A stretch of 36,731 nt of DNA, from the IMG/VR virus record IMGVR_UViG_3300019731_000001, positions 1 through 36,731 of that record. The stretch is one strand, 5' to 3'. Shown here one piece after another: positions 33,705 to 36,731 of the stretch (the first letter of the stretch is position 1; every line of letters begins with the position of its first letter). The stretch comes from a virus (taxonomy: Duplodnaviria > Caudoviricetes). The position numbers were made by a program, and so were the translations under genes. Below the pieces are notes generated by a model that made no database searches, had not been told where the DNA came from, and saw nothing but the letters and a program-made list of their open reading frames with translations.

Positions 33705-35526
33705 AACGTTGAACAGCTATACAGATATAGACCAAGAAGTTTCGAATAACCCAGATATTTCTGATGAGGAGCGTCAAGAGGTTAAAAAGCTTCTTAATAT
33801 GTTTACACAATATAAAAAAGAACGCGGTCGTTATGACAAGAATTGGATGACCTATTACAAAATGTTTCGCGGTGTTCAATGGCCAACTAAACGACCGTTT
33901 TGGAGAAATTCAGAAATCATCAATTTTATTTGGCAGACAATACAGAGCCAAATACCATTACAAACCGATGTTCGGCCTAAATTTGAATTTTTGCCAAGAG
34001 AGCCATCTGATCGTGAATTTGCTGATGTTCTTGAGAGTGTGAGTGAAGCCGATTGGGAGAAAAACGGATGGTTGAATGTTCTTTTGGAAGTGCTTTATGA
34101 TGGGTGGATCTACGGGACTTCATTTGGATCCATGAATTATGACCCGACTATGAATTATGGGGTAGGATCAGCTTCGTTCAAGTCGGAAGACGTTTTTTAT
34201 ATTTATCCTGATCTAAATGCAAACGATATTAACGACAGTGAATCAGAAGGGCTTATTTATGCAAAGCCTATTTGCACGCAGCGTTTGAAACGCAGGTTTC
34301 CAGATAAAGCCGATCAGATAAAGGCTGATGTTGAAGATTTCATCAGACGCGAACGGACGGATTTAAAAGATTTCGAATACACTCATTTCAATAGCGATCG
34401 TCAGCTACCCGAAGGGGTTTATGGGCATATGTGGGACGATTCCAACACAAAAAAGACGTTTGTTTTGGAATTTTTCCTTAAGCCAAAAGACACGATCGAA
34501 GAAAAATATGAAGATGAAGGTGAAGGTGGCGAGGTCACGACGAAATATAGAATTAAACGCAAATATCCTAACGGCCGTCATGTTGTCATAGCGAATGGAA
34601 TGATACTGCAAGACGATGATTTGCCTTACGAGGATAATAAAATTCCGTTCTGCAAATTTAACAATTATATCTTGCCAAGAGAGTTTTATGGTGTGAGCGA
34701 AGTCGAACAGCTAAAATCGCCACAGCAGGTTTTCAATAAGATGTTAAATTTCACACTTGACGCATGGGCGTTGACTGGCAACCCGATTTGGGTTGCTGAT
34801 AGCAACACGGGTATTGATCTCGATAGTGGTTTTACCAACGTGCCTGGATCTGTCATGGTTAAAAACCCAGGAACGGAGTTAAAGCAGGTTCAAGGCGTAG
34901 GCATGAATCCTGCTATTATGCAAGTAATCGACCGTTTAGAAAGCTGGTTCAACAAGATTGCTGGTATCAGCGATCTACAGTCGGGAGAAGCCCCAGGCGG
35001 CGTTACTGCGGCGTCAGCCATTGAACAGCTGATACAAATCCAACGTACTCGTGTAAGGCAAAAACAACGCAACATGGACATGTTCTTGGTTAAACTAGGC
35101 CAGCTTTATATGAATCGAGTGTTTGAATTCTATTCGGTTCCTCAAATATTTCGAATTACGAACCAGGACGGTTCGACTACATATCGCAAATTTCGCATCG
35201 ATCAACAGGCAGACGAGCAAAATAAAATGGTTCGAGTAGCGGTTTTTCAAGATACTGAAGAGGATGACGAAAAGAATCAAACAGTTAAACCAGAAAAACG
35301 ATTGATTCTGAAAGGCGATTTCGACATAAAAATCAAATCTGGTTCTTCTTTACCGTTTGAAATTGCCGACATCGAGCGCAAATCTCTCGCTCTTTTTGAT
35401 CGCGGCATCATCGATGAAGAAGAAGTATTAAATAGGTTAGACGTTCCTAACAAGGAAAAGATATTACAGCGATTAGCTGAAAGGCAACAAGCTGCGGCTC
35501 AAGCGGCTCAACAACAAGGAGCATAA
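33694..35526 (+). CDS. Portal protein (P22-like)
   Basis: 610 aa between TerL and scaffold; EFYGVSEVEQL..PQ...NK, G.TAASAI, Gln-rich C-terminus. Confidence 0.85.
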   Translation: MTLETLNSYTDIDQEVSNNPDISDEERQEVKKLLNMFTQYKKERGRYDKNWMTYYKMFRGVQWPTKRPFWRNSEIINFIWQTIQSQIPLQTDVRPKFEFLPREPSDREFADVLESVSEADWEKNGWLNVLLEVLYDGWIYGTSFGSMNYDPTMNYGVGSASFKSEDVFYIYPDLNANDINDSESEGLIYAKPICTQRLKRRFPDKADQIKADVEDFIRRERTDLKDFEYTHFNSDRQLPEGVYGHMWDDSNTKKTFVLEFFLKPKDTIEEKYEDEGEGGEVTTKYRIKRKYPNGRHVVIANGMILQDDDLPYEDNKIPFCKFNNYILPREFYGVSEVEQLKSPQQVFNKMLNFTLDAWALTGNPIWVADSNTGIDLDSGFTNVPGSVMVKNPGTELKQVQGVGMNPAIMQVIDRLESWFNKIAGISDLQSGEAPGGVTAASAIEQLIQIQRTRVRQKQRNMDMFLVKLGQLYMNRVFEFYSVPQIFRITNQDGSTTYRKFRIDQQADEQNKMVRVAVFQDTEEDDEKNQTVKPEKRLILKGDFDIKIKSGSSLPFEIADIERKSLALFDRGIIDEEEVLNRLDVPNKEKILQRLAERQQAAAQAAQQQGA

Positions 35527-35527
35527 T

Positions 35528-35797
35528 ATGCCAGACGGAATGCAACAAGGTCAACCACAGCAGGGCGATAGTGGTCAATCATTGCCAACCGACATCATGA
35601 TGGGATTGCAGACGATGGGACAGGCTTTACAAGAAGCCGGAGCTCCACAAGAGATTTTGCAACAATTGATGCAAGTCATAGAGCTTTATGATGGTGTTTT
35701 ACAGGCATTGAGTGGCGGCGGCGGTTCTCCTAACCAACCACGACCTGAACAAGTAAATACCCAAGGTGCGGTAGCATCACCAGCAGGACCAATGTAA
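35528..35797 (+). CDS. Small Gln/Gly/Pro-rich protein
   Basis: 89 aa between portal and scaffold; RBS aggag. Confidence 0.55.
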   Translation: MPDGMQQGQPQQGDSGQSLPTDIMMGLQTMGQALQEAGAPQEILQQLMQVIELYDGVLQALSGGGGSPNQPRPEQVNTQGAVASPAGPM

Positions 35798-35808
35798 GAG
35801 GTTAATAC

Positions 35809-36672
35809 ATGGATAATTTTTATTTAGAGAATTTTGATTTGCAAGATGGAGATTTGGCAAGTGGTGACACTTCTACCGAAACTCCTCAAGAAAATACTCA
35901 GCCAACGGAAGCTCCGGCTCAGACTTTTAAATACACCGCTTCAGGAAAAGAGATTGAAGAGGATATTAACACCATTCTCAAGCGTGCATCCCAGGGCTAT
36001 CATTACGCCCAGAATATGCAACAATTCAATCAACAGAAGCAGGCATTTGAAACTGATAGGCAGCGAAAGGAAGCTGAAATACGGGAACTTGAAGGCAAGT
36101 GGTCTCAATATGATCAGTATGCCAGGGAAAACCCTGATTGGGCTGAATATGTTAGATCACAATGGGAGCAACGACAGCTTGGTTTAAACGGGCAACAGTC
36201 AACGCAAACCGACTCAAACTTATCTCCTCAGCTTGCCAACGAGATTTCAGAACTTCGTCAATTTAGGGATGAATTTAAAGGATTTATGGCTGATCAGAAA
36301 CGGGAGCGAGAAGATTTGGAGTTGAACGGCCAAATTGATCAAACCCGTAAAGAGTATTCTGACATCGATTTTAGTCATTCTGACCCTGATTCTGGCAAAT
36401 CTCTTGAGTTTAAGGTCTTAGAACACATGCAAGCCCATGGCCTCAATAACTTCAGGGCGGCTTTTAGAGATTTCTACCATGATCAGCTTTTGGCTAGAGC
36501 AGTTACTAAAGCGAAAGAAGATACTGCAACAAGTTTGCAAGAACGTCAGCAGAAGGGGTTTATTGCAGAAAGTGACACTCCATTTACTGGGCTCAAACAA
36601 GCTACTGGTATTAAGAATAAATCCTATTTCGACCTTATAGACGAAGGTATTCAAGAATTTGGGGTGAATTAA
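35809..36672 (+). CDS. Capsid scaffolding protein
   Basis: Acidic N-terminus, G.E.E...L....QG..Y...MQ motif, coiled coil; directly precedes the capsid gene. Confidence 0.75.
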   Translation: MDNFYLENFDLQDGDLASGDTSTETPQENTQPTEAPAQTFKYTASGKEIEEDINTILKRASQGYHYAQNMQQFNQQKQAFETDRQRKEAEIRELEGKWSQYDQYARENPDWAEYVRSQWEQRQLGLNGQQSTQTDSNLSPQLANEISELRQFRDEFKGFMADQKREREDLELNGQIDQTRKEYSDIDFSHSDPDSGKSLEFKVLEHMQAHGLNNFRAAFRDFYHDQLLARAVTKAKEDTATSLQERQQKGFIAESDTPFTGLKQATGIKNKSYFDLIDEGIQEFGVN

Positions 36673-36731
36673 TAAAAAAGGAGTTAAAAAATGGCTGTTT
36701 CTATAGACCAATTGACAGCGATTACGCATAA
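36609..36731. repeat. Terminal direct repeat, copy 2
   Basis: Identical to 1-123. Confidence 0.95.

Noticed and set aside
328-36729. Many short antisense or off-frame ORFs in the track (e.g. 328-552, 9180-9593, 15896-16246, 31301-31600, 35834-36187, 36418-36729)
   Set aside because: They lie within well-supported genes and lack RBSs or motifs, unlike the nested HNH ORF.
36609-36731. 123-bp terminal repeat as a biological direct terminal repeat
   Set aside because: It cuts through the scaffold end and capsid start and has the size of an assembler overlap; better explained as circularisation.
1-36731. tRNA/rRNA genes or stop-codon reassignment
   Set aside because: No cloverleaf seen in the few intergenic gaps, and genes are full length and densely packed under the standard code. 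A tRNAscan run would confirm.

Overview
The window is an apparently complete tailed-phage genome of about 36.6 kb. Bases 1-123 repeat exactly at 36609-36731, so the unit length is 36,608 bp, circular or circularly permuted. Architecture is podovirus-like, with no tape-measure or tail-tube/sheath gene recognised. A long plus-strand late region runs from about 27.6 kb through the join to 18.4 kb: ParB-DNA methyltransferase, TerS, TerL, portal, scaffold, major capsid, small Ser/Thr-rich virion proteins, adaptor, tail stabiliser, ejection proteins and a tail fibre with an S74 chaperone. A minus-strand early region (18.4-23.9 kb) carries an RHH regulator, replication initiator, DnaB, T7-type amidase, Gp157-like and RecT-like genes. 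An accessory block (24-27.5 kb) holds a GH18 hydrolase, secreted Asn-rich proteins and a RebB-like protein. Two features stand out. (1) A near-complete nonulosonic (pseudaminic/sialic-like) acid pathway is spread through the late region (PseB-like dehydratase, oxidoreductase, SpsF/PseF-like cytidylyltransferase, class III aminotransferase, PseH-like GNAT, NeuB/PseI synthase), and a Maf/DUF115 flagellin-type glycosyltransferase sits two genes after the major capsid gene. This suggests the phage glycosylates its own virion. (2) The TerL intein carries its HNH endonuclease as a separate, fully nested gene in another reading frame, with its own RBS. All family assignments come from motif recognition by eye; no database search was run.
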